From the NCBI RefSeq assembly GCF_000014265.1, contig NC_008312.1, forward strand, positions 6,720,001-6,752,000: a DNA stretch of 32,000 bases. The letters run 5' to 3'. Below the pieces are notes generated by a model that saw nothing but the letters and a program-made list of their open reading frames with translations, searched no databases and was not told the DNA's origin. A program made the position numbers and the translations under genes. Below, piece after piece: positions 1-8,534 of this stretch (position 1 is the first letter of the stretch; each line of letters starts with the position of its first letter). Source of the stretch: Trichodesmium erythraeum IMS101 (GTDB lineage Bacteria; Cyanobacteriota; Cyanobacteriia; Cyanobacteriales; Microcoleaceae).

Positions 1-750
1 TGTGGTTTTCTCTACTCGTTACAGCAGTTTTTTGGCACCCTAGACAACAGTAGGAAGTTTACATACAACATCCCTATATGCAAGTCTCGACAAGGTTTTA
101 GTTATGGCAATGTCGTTCATTAATTTGCATTAATTTGAAAAGCGCTGTTAATCAAAAATTATAACGGGAGCTTCTGAAACGAGGATAACTATACCCAAGT
201 CTCAGAAGTTTCTGACTTTAGGGGCTGACTAAGGTCTAAGCTTTGTATAGCTATACAAAATGAGACCCACCTCCCTTCATATTTTATTTAATATGTTTCG
301 TGTTCCATTCTCGTGTCTATCTAATACTTTTCTAAATTTATGACTATTGGGAGTTCTGAGTGATAGATATGAGTAATAAATTTTTAGGTACTTTGCTATT
401 AGAATTGCTACAATAAGTGTGAAGTATTATGAAGATTTACTGTAAAAAAGGTGTTGCTGAACTAAGGGATGAGTCTTTGCAGAGTTTGCAGAAAAGGTAA
501 ATTCTATCTTTGACTTCCTATTTCTCTAAAACTGTAATTCATCCTGTAAATATGAAACGCTTTTAAAAATGACAGGCATATTTTGCTCCTACTGCTGGAA
601 GTTTTATAAATTACTTGGAAAAGCTATATTATATATGTTGGGTTAATAGTGGGGATGAGCTTTCCTGCGGAATGGTGTGCCTAGGCTAATGCACCACCCA
701 ACCGCGACTAAAATTCCTAAATTTTTTTTCAATTAATAGAGGCGATAAGT

Positions 751-1128
751 ATGAGAGAATGGAATCTAAATAAACTTATAGTTATTAACTTAATTGTTCT
801 GAATGTTGCGATTATTTTATTAGCAATAGTATTGATTTTTTTTCCCTATCAAACTTTAGCAACTTCTACCCCTAAACCTCAAGGAAAAACAGAGTCAAAA
901 ACTGAATTTGTAAATTCAGAAAAGTTAAGTCAGGGTAGGAAGAGACGATATGAGTATAAGGTTGAATATCAATTTGGTTTTCCTCAAAGTGAGCAAGAAA
1001 GAGACAATTATACAAAAGCTTTAAATGAAGCTGGAAAAGATGGGTGGGAATTAAGTCAAACTAATGTTGTTTTTAATCCTACTAATGGACAGGGTTTATA
1101 TATTTTGATTTTTAAAAGAGAGAAATAA
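751..1128 (+). CDS. small membrane-anchored protein with DUF4177-like C-terminal domain
   Basis: ATG-started 125-aa ORF. It has an N-terminal hydrophobic helix (LIVINLIVLNVAIILLAIVLIFF). The C-terminus (RRYEYKV...LNEAGKDGWEL...LYILIFKRE) matches the DUF4177 pattern from memory. Confidence 0.55.
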   Translation: MREWNLNKLIVINLIVLNVAIILLAIVLIFFPYQTLATSTPKPQGKTESKTEFVNSEKLSQGRKRRYEYKVEYQFGFPQSEQERDNYTKALNEAGKDGWELSQTNVVFNPTNGQGLYILIFKREK

Positions 1129-1500
1129 ACTTTGATTTTTATCTTGATATTTAATCAGGCTGCATAAAGTTAATTTAACTCTGGTTAGAATCTGCTATTC
1201 GGGTACAGTTTATATTGTTTTTTATAGTAATACTAATTCCCAGATATTAATACTAACTATTTGTAAGAATTCATAAATTTAAGTAATGAAGATAAAGGGA
1301 ATAATTTTTTTTACGATTAACGCTATTGAATTGAGTTAATGTTATAAATCATGTACAGATGTTGTATGCAAAGTCTCTAATGTCATAATTTTTTATACAA
1401 TATCTCTACAATTATTCCCATCTTCTGGAATTATTTCAAGTTAGGTGTTCTACTCAAAGTGGAAGGTTGAATTTTTTTTAATAAATAGTATTAGTTAGTC

Positions 1501-1986
1501 CTATTTTTGTGCTACAACTTCAATTATTTCTGTATCCATAATCATCTGGTTATTACTAACTAAATTTTCGTGTTTATTGGTATTCAGACTAACAGTTATT
1601 TTATTCTTACCTGGCTCTAAATTTCCGAGATAATACCAATTGCTATAAATTCTAGTTATTTTTTTGTCGTTGATGTAAAGATGAGCATGACCTTCATTAA
1701 TGTTGCTATTTTGATTAACTGTTTCTGGGGAAAATTGAAAGTTAGTTAACTTGATATGTAAATTCCATCCTTTCATGGTATCTTGATAAACAAATAAATC
1801 TACTTTAGGAACTGGTTTTTCTGATGGAATTTCTATGTTTTTATGGCTATGATTTATGTGATTGTGAGACTTATCAGCAACTAAATGATTATTAGCATAA
1901 TTTACTTTGATAGCAACTCCTAATCCAGTAGCTAAAATTAGTATTGTAGATACAATCTTGAGTATTTTGTTCATCTTTTTTTTCAT
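1501..1986 (-). CDS. secreted hypothetical protein, His-rich after the signal peptide
   Basis: ATG-started 161-aa ORF. The N-terminus (MKKKMNKILKIVSTILILATGLGVA) is signal-peptide-like. A His-rich tract (HNHINHSHKN) and a GHAHLYIN motif suggest metal binding. I do not recognise a family. Confidence 0.55.
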   Translation of the reverse strand: MKKKMNKILKIVSTILILATGLGVAIKVNYANNHLVADKSHNHINHSHKNIEIPSEKPVPKVDLFVYQDTMKGWNLHIKLTNFQFSPETVNQNSNINEGHAHLYINDKKITRIYSNWYYLGNLEPGKNKITVSLNTNKHENLVSNNQMIMDTEIIEVVAQK

Positions 1987-2382
1987 TATTTATGATTAGT
2001 CTGCCTACCATAAAAAATGATAGTAACTGAAGCTTAGACTAAATTTTTTGGTATTCAAATAATCTACTCAGAAGCAATAAAAACTTGCCACTTAGAACCC
2101 TTGGGTAATGTAAGGGAGGCATATGTTTTATGTTTTTAGTGCTCTTGATTATTTTTATTTATTTGGCAAGTTTAGGTAATGCTGAGATTATTCAAACTAT
2201 TTAAAAAGTTTTTCTAGGACACAATTACCTTGTAGCAAAAACTGTGGATAATTCTAATACAAAAATAGTTTTAGTCTAGTTGGCTTCTGTCACTATTTTT
2301 TTTGTACGCAAGTTTTTGAGTATATTTAGTTAATATAAACTTCAGTAATGAAAATGTCAAAAGACAAGTTGTCATACTTAAT

Positions 2383-2498
2383 CAGTAAAAAAAAAATTAA
2401 GAATTAATTAAAAAATTATATATGTTGGTGATATTTTGGTCAGTAAAAAAAAAATTAAGAATTAATTAAAAGGTTATATATGTTGGTGATATTTTGAG
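2383..2498. repeat. tandem duplication, 2 x 58 bp, AT-rich intergenic
   Basis: The unit cagtaaaaaaaaaattaagaattaattaaaaaattatatatgttggtgatattttgg starts at 2383 and again at 2441. The copies differ by 2 substitutions within the unit plus 2 at its 3' edge. Confidence 0.85.
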
Positions 2499-2744
2499 CG
2501 GCTAGATTGTATAATACAAGGTGAACTGCTAGAAGCGATCGCTTTGACAGATAATCATGAAACGACTTCAGTTTTACCAATGGGCTGGGGAAGCTCAAAG
2601 ACTAGAAAGATAGCTATTTTTAGCCATCGGTCATGCCACATCTATTGAACATTTGCAAAAACTAATTTTTTAGCTTGTTGTTTAGGCTAAAGAGAATTAA
2701 GTTATCAGTTTTTATTTAGAGGAAGTATTAAAATCATCAAAGGA

Positions 2745-2937
2745 AACTATATCAAACGGAAAATCTAGAAGCAGTTATTGGTTCTGCTTATTGAGAAAAG
2801 GAAGAAGGGACTTTAACAACTTTGGATAAATTATTAGAAGTTTCAGTTGATATGTTGACTGTAATTTTAATAGGTTATCAATTTACAGGAGTTTATAATA
2901 ATTGGATGATTACACCTAGAGGTTATTTAGGGTTAGA
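2745..2937 (+). pseudogene. decayed copy of the 3' end of cobJ (precorrin-3B C17-methyltransferase tail)
   Basis: By-eye alignment to 10334-10528 shows only scattered substitutions across the last ~120 bp. The translation AVIGSAY*EKEEGTLTTLDKLLEVSVDMLTVILIGYQFTGVYNNWMITPRGYLG matches the CobJ tail VAVVRSAYRENEEATLTTLDKLLEVSVDMLTVILIGNQSTGIYNNWMITPRGYLG. A CGA>TGA stop interrupts it and no upstream gene body remains. The track ORF 2822-3061 is this remnant read from a TTG. Confidence 0.8.
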
Positions 2938-3029
2938 AATAGATGAGCAGGTCGGGAAAACAAAATTGAATGGATGGAAGCATAATTTACCTTTCAGTAG
3001 AAGGCGTCCTTGTGATAGAAACTATTGCT

Positions 3030-5207
3030 TTACTGTTTTTTTATTGATTCTAATAAGTTGAGTGCTAATTCTATATGCCCATGTCGGTCCAGGTTATTCA
3101 CAAGGGCGTCAATTTCTCTATTGTAGCCTGATTCTGCAATCTCAGAATAATATTTTTCTACAAATGTGCTTAAGTCTGTATCCTGGAGATAATTTTCGAC
3201 TATTTTACAAAAATTACTTAAATGATTTCGTGTTTTCAAGTCTTCTCTGAGAGCGGCTATTGTATCTTCAAATTCGCTATATCGCCCTTGGTTAGAGTAA
3301 AGACCAGCTAAGTTGATGAAGCTTGAAGCAAGAGAGGGATGATTTGCTGGTAGGGCAATTTTATTAATTTCTATCGCTTGTTTGTACAAAGCTTCGGCTT
3401 CGCTGTATCGCCCTTGGTTAAAGTAAAGAGTAGCTAAGTTATCGAGACTCGAAGCAAGAGAGGGATGATTTGCTGGTAGGGCAATTTTATTAATTTCTAT
3501 CGCTTGTTTGTACAAAGCTTCGGCTTCGCTGTATCGCCCTTGGTTAAAGTAAAGAGCAGCTAAGTTATCGAGACTCGAAGCAAGAGAGGGATGATTTTCT
3601 GGTAAGGCGATTTTATTAATTTCTATCGCTTGTTTATACAAAGCTTCGGCTTCGCTGTATCGCCCTTGGTTAAAGTAAAGAGCAGCTAAGTTCTCGAGAC
3701 TCGAAGCAAGAGAGGGATGATTTGCTGGTAGGGCAATTTTATTAATTTCTATCGCTTGTTTGTACAAAGCTTCGGCTTCGCTATATCGCCCTTGGTTAGA
3801 GTAAAGACCAGCTAAGTTGTTGAGATTGAAAGCAAGAGAGGGATGATTTGCTGATAGGGCAATTTTATTAATTTCTATCGCTTGTTTGTACAAAGGTTCG
3901 GCTTCGCTATATCGCCCTTGGTTAAAGTAAAGACTAGCTAAGTTGTTGAGACTCGAAGCAAGAAAGGGATGATTTGCTGGTAAGGCGATTTTATTAATTT
4001 CTATCGCTTGTTTGTACAAAGGTTCGGCTTCACTATATCGCTCTTGGTTAGAGTAAAGACCAGCTAAGTTGTTGAGACTCGAAGCACGAGAGGGATGATT
4101 TACTGGTAGGGCGATTTTATTAATTTCTATCGCTTGTTTGTACAAAGGTTCGGCTTCACTATATCGCCCTTGAGAACGATAAAGAATAGCCAGGTTGTTA
4201 AGATTAGAAGCAATTTCTGGATGTGTTGCTCCTAACAGTTGCTTGTTCATCTTTAATGCTTCGAGATACAAGGGTTCGGCTTCGCTATATCGCCCTTGGG
4301 AATAGTAGAGACCAGCCAGGTTGTTAAGATTAGAAGCAATTTCTGGATGTGTTGCTCCTAACAGTTGCTTGTTCATCTTTAATGCTTCGAGATACAAGGG
4401 TTCGGCTTCGCTATATCGCCCTTGGGAATAGTAGAGACCAGCCAGGTTATTAAGATTAGAGGCCACATCCGGATGTGTTGACCCTAACAGTTGCTTGTTC
4501 ATCTTTAATGCTTCGAGATACAAGGGTTCGGCTTTGCTATATTGCCCTTGATTTTCATAACAAATGCCTAAATTACCTAAGGCTTTACTTTCTGATTGCC
4601 GATCTTTTATTTCGCGAGTAATCGCCAATTGTTGTTGAAAATAATTAATGGAGCGTTCAAAATGCCCTAGTGACTGATAAACAATTCCTAAATTACCTAA
4701 GGCTTTACTTTCTGATTGCCTATCTTTTGTTTCTTGAGTAATCGCCAATTGTTGTTGAAAAGAATCAATGGAGCGTTCAAAATGCCCTAGTGACTGATAA
4801 ACAATTCCTAAATTACCTAAGGCTTTACTTTCTGATTGCCGATCTTTTATTTCGCGAGTAATCACCAATTGTTGTTGAAAATAATTAATGGAGCGTTCAA
4901 AATGCCCTAGTGACTGATAAACAATTCCTAAATTACCTAATGCTTGACTTTCAGATTGCCGATCTTTTATGTCACGAGTAATCGGCAATTGTTGTTGAAA
5001 AGAATCAATGGAGCGTTCAAAATGCCCTAGTGACTGATAAACAATTCCTAAATTACCTAATGCTTGACTTTCAGATTGCCGATCTTTTATTTCGCGAGCA
5101 ATAATCAATTGTTGCTGAAAATATTCAATGGAGCGTTCAAATTTTCCTAGCGAATGGTATGCAATCCCTATTTTTCTATATAGTTCTAATGTTAGTGGTT
5201 CTGGCAT
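3030..5207 (-). CDS. tetratricopeptide-repeat (TPR) protein: 5 x 40-aa repeats, about 10 x 42-aa repeats, then a ~85-aa non-repeat C-terminal domain
   Basis: ATG-started 725-aa ORF. The repeat units LGNLGIVYQSLGHFERSI..FQQQL.ITR.IKDRQSES.A and NLAGLY..QGRYSEAEPLY.QA.EINK..L...HP..A..LN are classic TPR_12 / kinesin-light-chain-type. The start lies 7 nt after the CHAT stop, which suggests coupled expression. Confidence 0.9.
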   Translation of the reverse strand: MPEPLTLELYRKIGIAYHSLGKFERSIEYFQQQLIIAREIKDRQSESQALGNLGIVYQSLGHFERSIDSFQQQLPITRDIKDRQSESQALGNLGIVYQSLGHFERSINYFQQQLVITREIKDRQSESKALGNLGIVYQSLGHFERSIDSFQQQLAITQETKDRQSESKALGNLGIVYQSLGHFERSINYFQQQLAITREIKDRQSESKALGNLGICYENQGQYSKAEPLYLEALKMNKQLLGSTHPDVASNLNNLAGLYYSQGRYSEAEPLYLEALKMNKQLLGATHPEIASNLNNLAGLYYSQGRYSEAEPLYLEALKMNKQLLGATHPEIASNLNNLAILYRSQGRYSEAEPLYKQAIEINKIALPVNHPSRASSLNNLAGLYSNQERYSEAEPLYKQAIEINKIALPANHPFLASSLNNLASLYFNQGRYSEAEPLYKQAIEINKIALSANHPSLAFNLNNLAGLYSNQGRYSEAEALYKQAIEINKIALPANHPSLASSLENLAALYFNQGRYSEAEALYKQAIEINKIALPENHPSLASSLDNLAALYFNQGRYSEAEALYKQAIEINKIALPANHPSLASSLDNLATLYFNQGRYSEAEALYKQAIEINKIALPANHPSLASSFINLAGLYSNQGRYSEFEDTIAALREDLKTRNHLSNFCKIVENYLQDTDLSTFVEKYYSEIAESGYNREIDALVNNLDRHGHIELALNLLESIKKQ
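3276..4560. repeat. intragenic tandem array, period 126 bp, about 10 units
   Basis: The motif gct(a/g)tatcgccc recurs at 3276, 3402, 3528, 3654, 3780, 3906, 4032, 4158, 4284, 4410 and 4536. Adjacent units 3339-3464 and 3465-3590 differ by a single base. Confidence 0.9.
4561..5170. repeat. intragenic tandem array, period 120 bp, 5 units
   Basis: acaattcctaaattacctaa recurs at 4681, 4801, 4921 and 5041. The units are near-identical and encode the 40-aa TPR repeats. Confidence 0.9.
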
Positions 5208-5214
5208 TTTAATT

Positions 5215-6819
5215 TTATCTACTGTATAACTCTGATTGTAATAACTTTTTTTGATTAAACTCTAAATGTTCTATTTTTTCTATTTCTTCTAAAATTTTTG
5301 GTTCTTTGCACTTTTTATAGAGCTTATAGAGTCCAGCTTTTAATTCTGATAATGTTGCTAAAGTATCAACTACAGTATCAACTACTAAGATTTCTGGCGA
5401 ATTAATGTTATTAATGTTTTGATTGGGAATTGCTCTCAAACTTAATTTTATTTGATCCTCTATAATTGGTGGATGATTGCTCGGAATTGGCTTATTTACA
5501 CTCTTATTTATACTTTTTATCGTAGATTGAGTAACAAACAATTGGCCCCCCTCATTATCCTGCCAGCGCAAATAAAGCACGGGACGATACCACTGATTTC
5601 CATCCACACCCATGGCTGCCCGCCCCTGACTAACAGCCACCGCTAGAGAATTTTTCTGTCCCAGAGAACGATAAAATTGTTCAGCAAACTTAGTTGCACT
5701 GTCTACCCTCACAGAATATTGCATGGCCACCACCGCCGGCACCCGATGAGCAATCAGACTTTGAGCAGCACCATTAAACACAGACTCTCCCACTATAGCC
5801 ATTCCCGACTGACAAGCACTCAACACCACCAAAACCACACCCTCTGTTTTACCATTACCATCCCTCAAACCAGACTGTTGCAGCAGAGTACCCAATTCTT
5901 GACCACTAATATAATCAGCATCTCCATCCTTATCCTCAAAAACCAGATATCCCTGAGGCAAAGGCAACTCTGTCTCACACTTACGGCATCGTCGAGATTT
6001 TGTCCCCCCATTCATCGCCCCACATTCAGAATTAGGACAACGTTGGCCAAACAAACCATGTCCATCAAAATGGATCACATGGGGTCCCTTATCCCCCCGA
6101 TGTTCTGTCAGATAATTTCTTAACTCATCCAAAGTAGGTTCTTCCAGTTGTGCCAAAAAAATATCCCCTCGATCTCTAGCTTTTTCCAACCCCTTAAGAA
6201 CAGCCTTTTGTTCCTTGCGGGACAGAGGTTGGAGATTAAGTTTATGATCAGATGCGGCGGAGGATACCAATAAAACATTCAGTTTTTCCGCTGTGGGTAA
6301 GTTAGGAGGAACAGATGGATAGGCAATATACCGAGAAAACTCAACTTGGTAATGACAGAGAAAGCCTTGGTTGTGCAAAAGTTCCCAAGGATAATCTGCC
6401 AGTCGCGTTTTCTGGGCCACATCCCCGTCAAGTTTCAACCGCACCAACAGTTTAGTAGATTTAGATTCAGCAAAACTAATAGACTTCTGCAATAAATTTT
6501 CTACCTTACTACCTGGAGGAAACAGAGAAGAGTAAAGAGCTTTACCGATATTGATCAAATAATTAGGATGGAAATTTGAGCGATCGCTTCCTAAAATACC
6601 CGCTTGGCTCATCCATTCCTGTTCCTGTGCAGAAAAAAACTCAGGACGGAAAGTAGAAACCTCCAAACTTCTAATCACAGTAATGCGCCAGTCCCATTCA
6701 GCATCCAAAAAAGGCAACAATGACTCATTCCTTCCCTGTCCCGCAGGAGAGTCAGTCACAATAACCTCAAATTTAGTAGAGTCATCAAGGGGTGACAGGT
6801 ATAACTCCAAAAGTTCCAT
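5215..6819 (-). CDS. CHAT-domain (caspase-like) cysteine protease with a zinc-ribbon insert
   Basis: Caspase/CHAT catalytic dyad motifs are present: VIHFDGHG (His259 in track numbering, nt 6058-6060) and VLSACQSG (Cys341, nt 5812-5814). The PWELL motif in the N-terminal region is typical of CHAT proteins. CPNSEC-x11-CRKC lies between the His and the Cys. The track start at 6834 is a TTG inside a heptamer repeat, so I prefer the ATG at 6819 (MELLELYLSP...). Confidence 0.9.
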   Translation of the reverse strand: MELLELYLSPLDDSTKFEVIVTDSPAGQGRNESLLPFLDAEWDWRITVIRSLEVSTFRPEFFSAQEQEWMSQAGILGSDRSNFHPNYLINIGKALYSSLFPPGSKVENLLQKSISFAESKSTKLLVRLKLDGDVAQKTRLADYPWELLHNQGFLCHYQVEFSRYIAYPSVPPNLPTAEKLNVLLVSSAASDHKLNLQPLSRKEQKAVLKGLEKARDRGDIFLAQLEEPTLDELRNYLTEHRGDKGPHVIHFDGHGLFGQRCPNSECGAMNGGTKSRRCRKCETELPLPQGYLVFEDKDGDADYISGQELGTLLQQSGLRDGNGKTEGVVLVVLSACQSGMAIVGESVFNGAAQSLIAHRVPAVVAMQYSVRVDSATKFAEQFYRSLGQKNSLAVAVSQGRAAMGVDGNQWYRPVLYLRWQDNEGGQLFVTQSTIKSINKSVNKPIPSNHPPIIEDQIKLSLRAIPNQNINNINSPEILVVDTVVDTLATLSELKAGLYKLYKKCKEPKILEEIEKIEHLEFNQKKLLQSELYSR

Positions 6820-6823
6820 AGCT

Positions 6824-6865
6824 CTAAAAGTCAAAAGTCAAAAGTTAAAAGTTAAAAGTTAAAAG
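6824..6865. repeat. STRR-like heptamer array, 6 units (CTAAAAG, TCAAAAG x2, TTAAAAG x3)
   Basis: Read directly from the sequence. The array sits immediately upstream of, and partly overlapping, the 5' end of the CHAT ORF. Confidence 0.85.
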
Positions 6866-6972
6866 TGAGATTTTAATAGATCAAAACTTTTACCCCCTCA
6901 GTAATTTCGCGAAATTATTTCAGAAATGGAGATAAGTGGTGTAGCCTAAGTTAATAAAATTGGTATTATTAT

Positions 6973-7329
6973 TTAGAAATTTGGTTCCGGGCCTTTCATC
7001 CCAGCATCACTCACTTTTTCCAAAAATTCTGGCCAATTTTCCGGATACTTCTTTTGATACATTTTTAAAAGCTGTTCCCTATTCAAAAGTGGAGATAATT
7101 TCACCTTAACCTTCTGGACATCATCCCGACTGCTACCTCCTCCCATTTCTAGAACATATATTTTAATTCCAGCTTTTCCTGATTTTTTGACTGTAACTTG
7201 TAACTCTAATTCCACAGAATCAACTGCAAAAATAGGAATATCTGTTTCCCCATCTGGTGCTTGAGTTAGCAATTCCTCTTTTACTTGTTGAATTAACTCT
7301 GCTAAACCAATCGAACTTTCATCATTCAT
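6973..7329 (-). CDS. trypco2-like small protein (protease-co-occurring conflict-system domain)
   Basis: ATG-started 118-aa ORF. The pattern LAELIQQVKEEL...IPIFAVDSVELELQVTVKKSGKAGIKIYVLEMGGGSSRDDVQKVKVKLSPL matches what I remember of trypco2 family proteins: an N-terminal helix, then F.V..VELEL.V.V, a G-rich turn, and .V.V.L.P. It lies directly upstream of a CHAT protease on the same strand. Confidence 0.6.
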   Translation of the reverse strand: MNDESSIGLAELIQQVKEELLTQAPDGETDIPIFAVDSVELELQVTVKKSGKAGIKIYVLEMGGGSSRDDVQKVKVKLSPLLNREQLLKMYQKKYPENWPEFLEKVSDAGMKGPEPNF

Positions 7330-7532
7330 ACTTTTTAACCTTATCCTTTTTTTTGTTTTAAACCAAAATAAATATTATAATTCAACACAAAATTAAATGT
7401 CAAAGAATTTGATAAATATTTACTTCTTAAACCCCTGTAGAATTGACCTCTAATTTATGGAAAAAATGCCTACATTATTCATGTTAAACTAATTTAATAC
7501 AGGTAGTTATTCTATAGTCTGGGAAAAAAATT

Positions 7533-8279
7533 ATGAATAATATAGCAACAATACTAGAAACAAAAATGGCTTTGAGAGAAGCTTTAAAAACCTATGATGG
7601 AGACGTGAAAAACCAGAAAGTTAAGGCAAAAATTGAGCAACTTTCTCAACTTAACCCCATAGAAAAACCGACCCATAGCTCCCTACTAGAATCTCATTGG
7701 TTATTAATTAGTGCCCCTTCTTTTCCTCAAGGGCAAAAACTTTCTAATGGCAAATATGCTTATACCTTGGGTAAATTAGCATTTAATATGTTTCAACCTA
7801 CCAATTTAAAATTAGTTATTGACTCTGTTAAACAACCTGTTGTGTTGTTAGGAGAAAAATCAAAACGTAGCCATGATATTGTAGTTGAATTTAGTATTAT
7901 TGATGAATTATTCCCACCATTAAAAGGTATTGTTCGTAATTTAGCTGTTTGTTATCCAGTGGATAATAAAAACTTACAAGCTGAATTTACAGGAGGTATT
8001 TTTGCTCCACAAAAAGGTGAAAATTTATCAACTTGGAAAGATATATTTGTTCAAGCAAAAGCATCAAAAAAAGGATTAAAAGAACAATTAATGTCTGTAT
8101 TTTTCAAGTTGATGTTTGGGTTAACACCTCCCCAAGGTATGAATACAGAAACAGGAGAAATTTCTTTTACAATGAAGCGATCGCCTAAAGGTCGTTTAGA
8201 AATACTTTTTTTAGATGAGGAGCTTCGCATCACAAAGGGAAAAAAGGAAAATATTTTAATCTTTGAACGTATGGTATAG
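7533..8279 (+). CDS. PAP/fibrillin-family (plastid-lipid-associated-like) protein
   Basis: ATG-started 248-aa ORF. The N-terminal motif K..L.EAL.........KI.QLSQLNP..KP.....LL.S.W.L resembles the fibrillin signature (E.LNP...P ... G.W.L.Y). Confidence 0.55.
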   Translation: MNNIATILETKMALREALKTYDGDVKNQKVKAKIEQLSQLNPIEKPTHSSLLESHWLLISAPSFPQGQKLSNGKYAYTLGKLAFNMFQPTNLKLVIDSVKQPVVLLGEKSKRSHDIVVEFSIIDELFPPLKGIVRNLAVCYPVDNKNLQAEFTGGIFAPQKGENLSTWKDIFVQAKASKKGLKEQLMSVFFKLMFGLTPPQGMNTETGEISFTMKRSPKGRLEILFLDEELRITKGKKENILIFERMV

Positions 8280-8461
8280 CTTTTACTTAATTCATCATTA
8301 TTAACTGACCATTAGCACTCACTCATCTGTTAAATTTTAGTAGGTTTCCGGTTTCAGGTTCTAGACAAAAATAAAAATGATTGAAGTAAAAAGTTGTCAA
8401 AATTTAACAGGCAAAAATTATCACTTTGGTCCTAAAATATTATCAATTTGTTGACTTTTAA

Positions 8462-8496
8462 ACTTAACACCTAACATCTGACACCTAACACCTTAA
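8462..8496. repeat. degenerate heptamer array (ACTTAAC ACCTAAC ATCTGAC ACCTAAC ACCTTAA)
   Basis: Read directly from the sequence. It lies about 40 nt upstream of the cbiG-cobJ start. Confidence 0.7.
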
Positions 8497-8534
8497 ATTA
8501 TAAATACAACTTCATATACCCAAACAGCTAAAAA

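Noticed and set aside
60-215. Recurrent motif ta(t/c)(g/c)c(a)aagtctc at about 81, 194 and 1368, and the hairpin CTTCTGA...TCAGAAG at about 172-210.
   Set aside because: The motif is too short and degenerate to call an element without genome-wide counts, and no associated ORF or RNA signature is visible.
3062-3250. Plus-strand ORF of 62 aa.
   Set aside because: It is antisense to the 3' part of the TPR gene, so it is a shadow ORF.
3276-5170. Regularly spaced repeats that could be mistaken for a CRISPR array.
   Set aside because: The units are contiguous 120/126-bp repeats with no unique spacers. They are fully in frame in a TPR protein, and no cas genes are present.
5452-6123. Plus-strand ORFs 5452-5646 and 5677-6123 (64 and 148 aa).
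   Set aside because: They lie entirely antisense to the well-supported CHAT CDS. Their composition is odd (H/T/S/Q-rich), typical of shadow frames, and I recognise no motifs.
8051-8233. Minus-strand 60-aa ORF inside the fibrillin-like gene. The same applies to 9413-9616 inside cobJ, 15913-16197 inside pyrB and 29098-29304 inside the CofE-like gene.
   Set aside because: All are antisense shadows of stronger CDSs and have no recognisable motifs.
8280-8534. Possible cobalamin riboswitch upstream of cbiG-cobJ.
   Set aside because: I could not see a B12-box-like core (GCCACTG-type). The leader is AT-rich with only a heptamer repeat.
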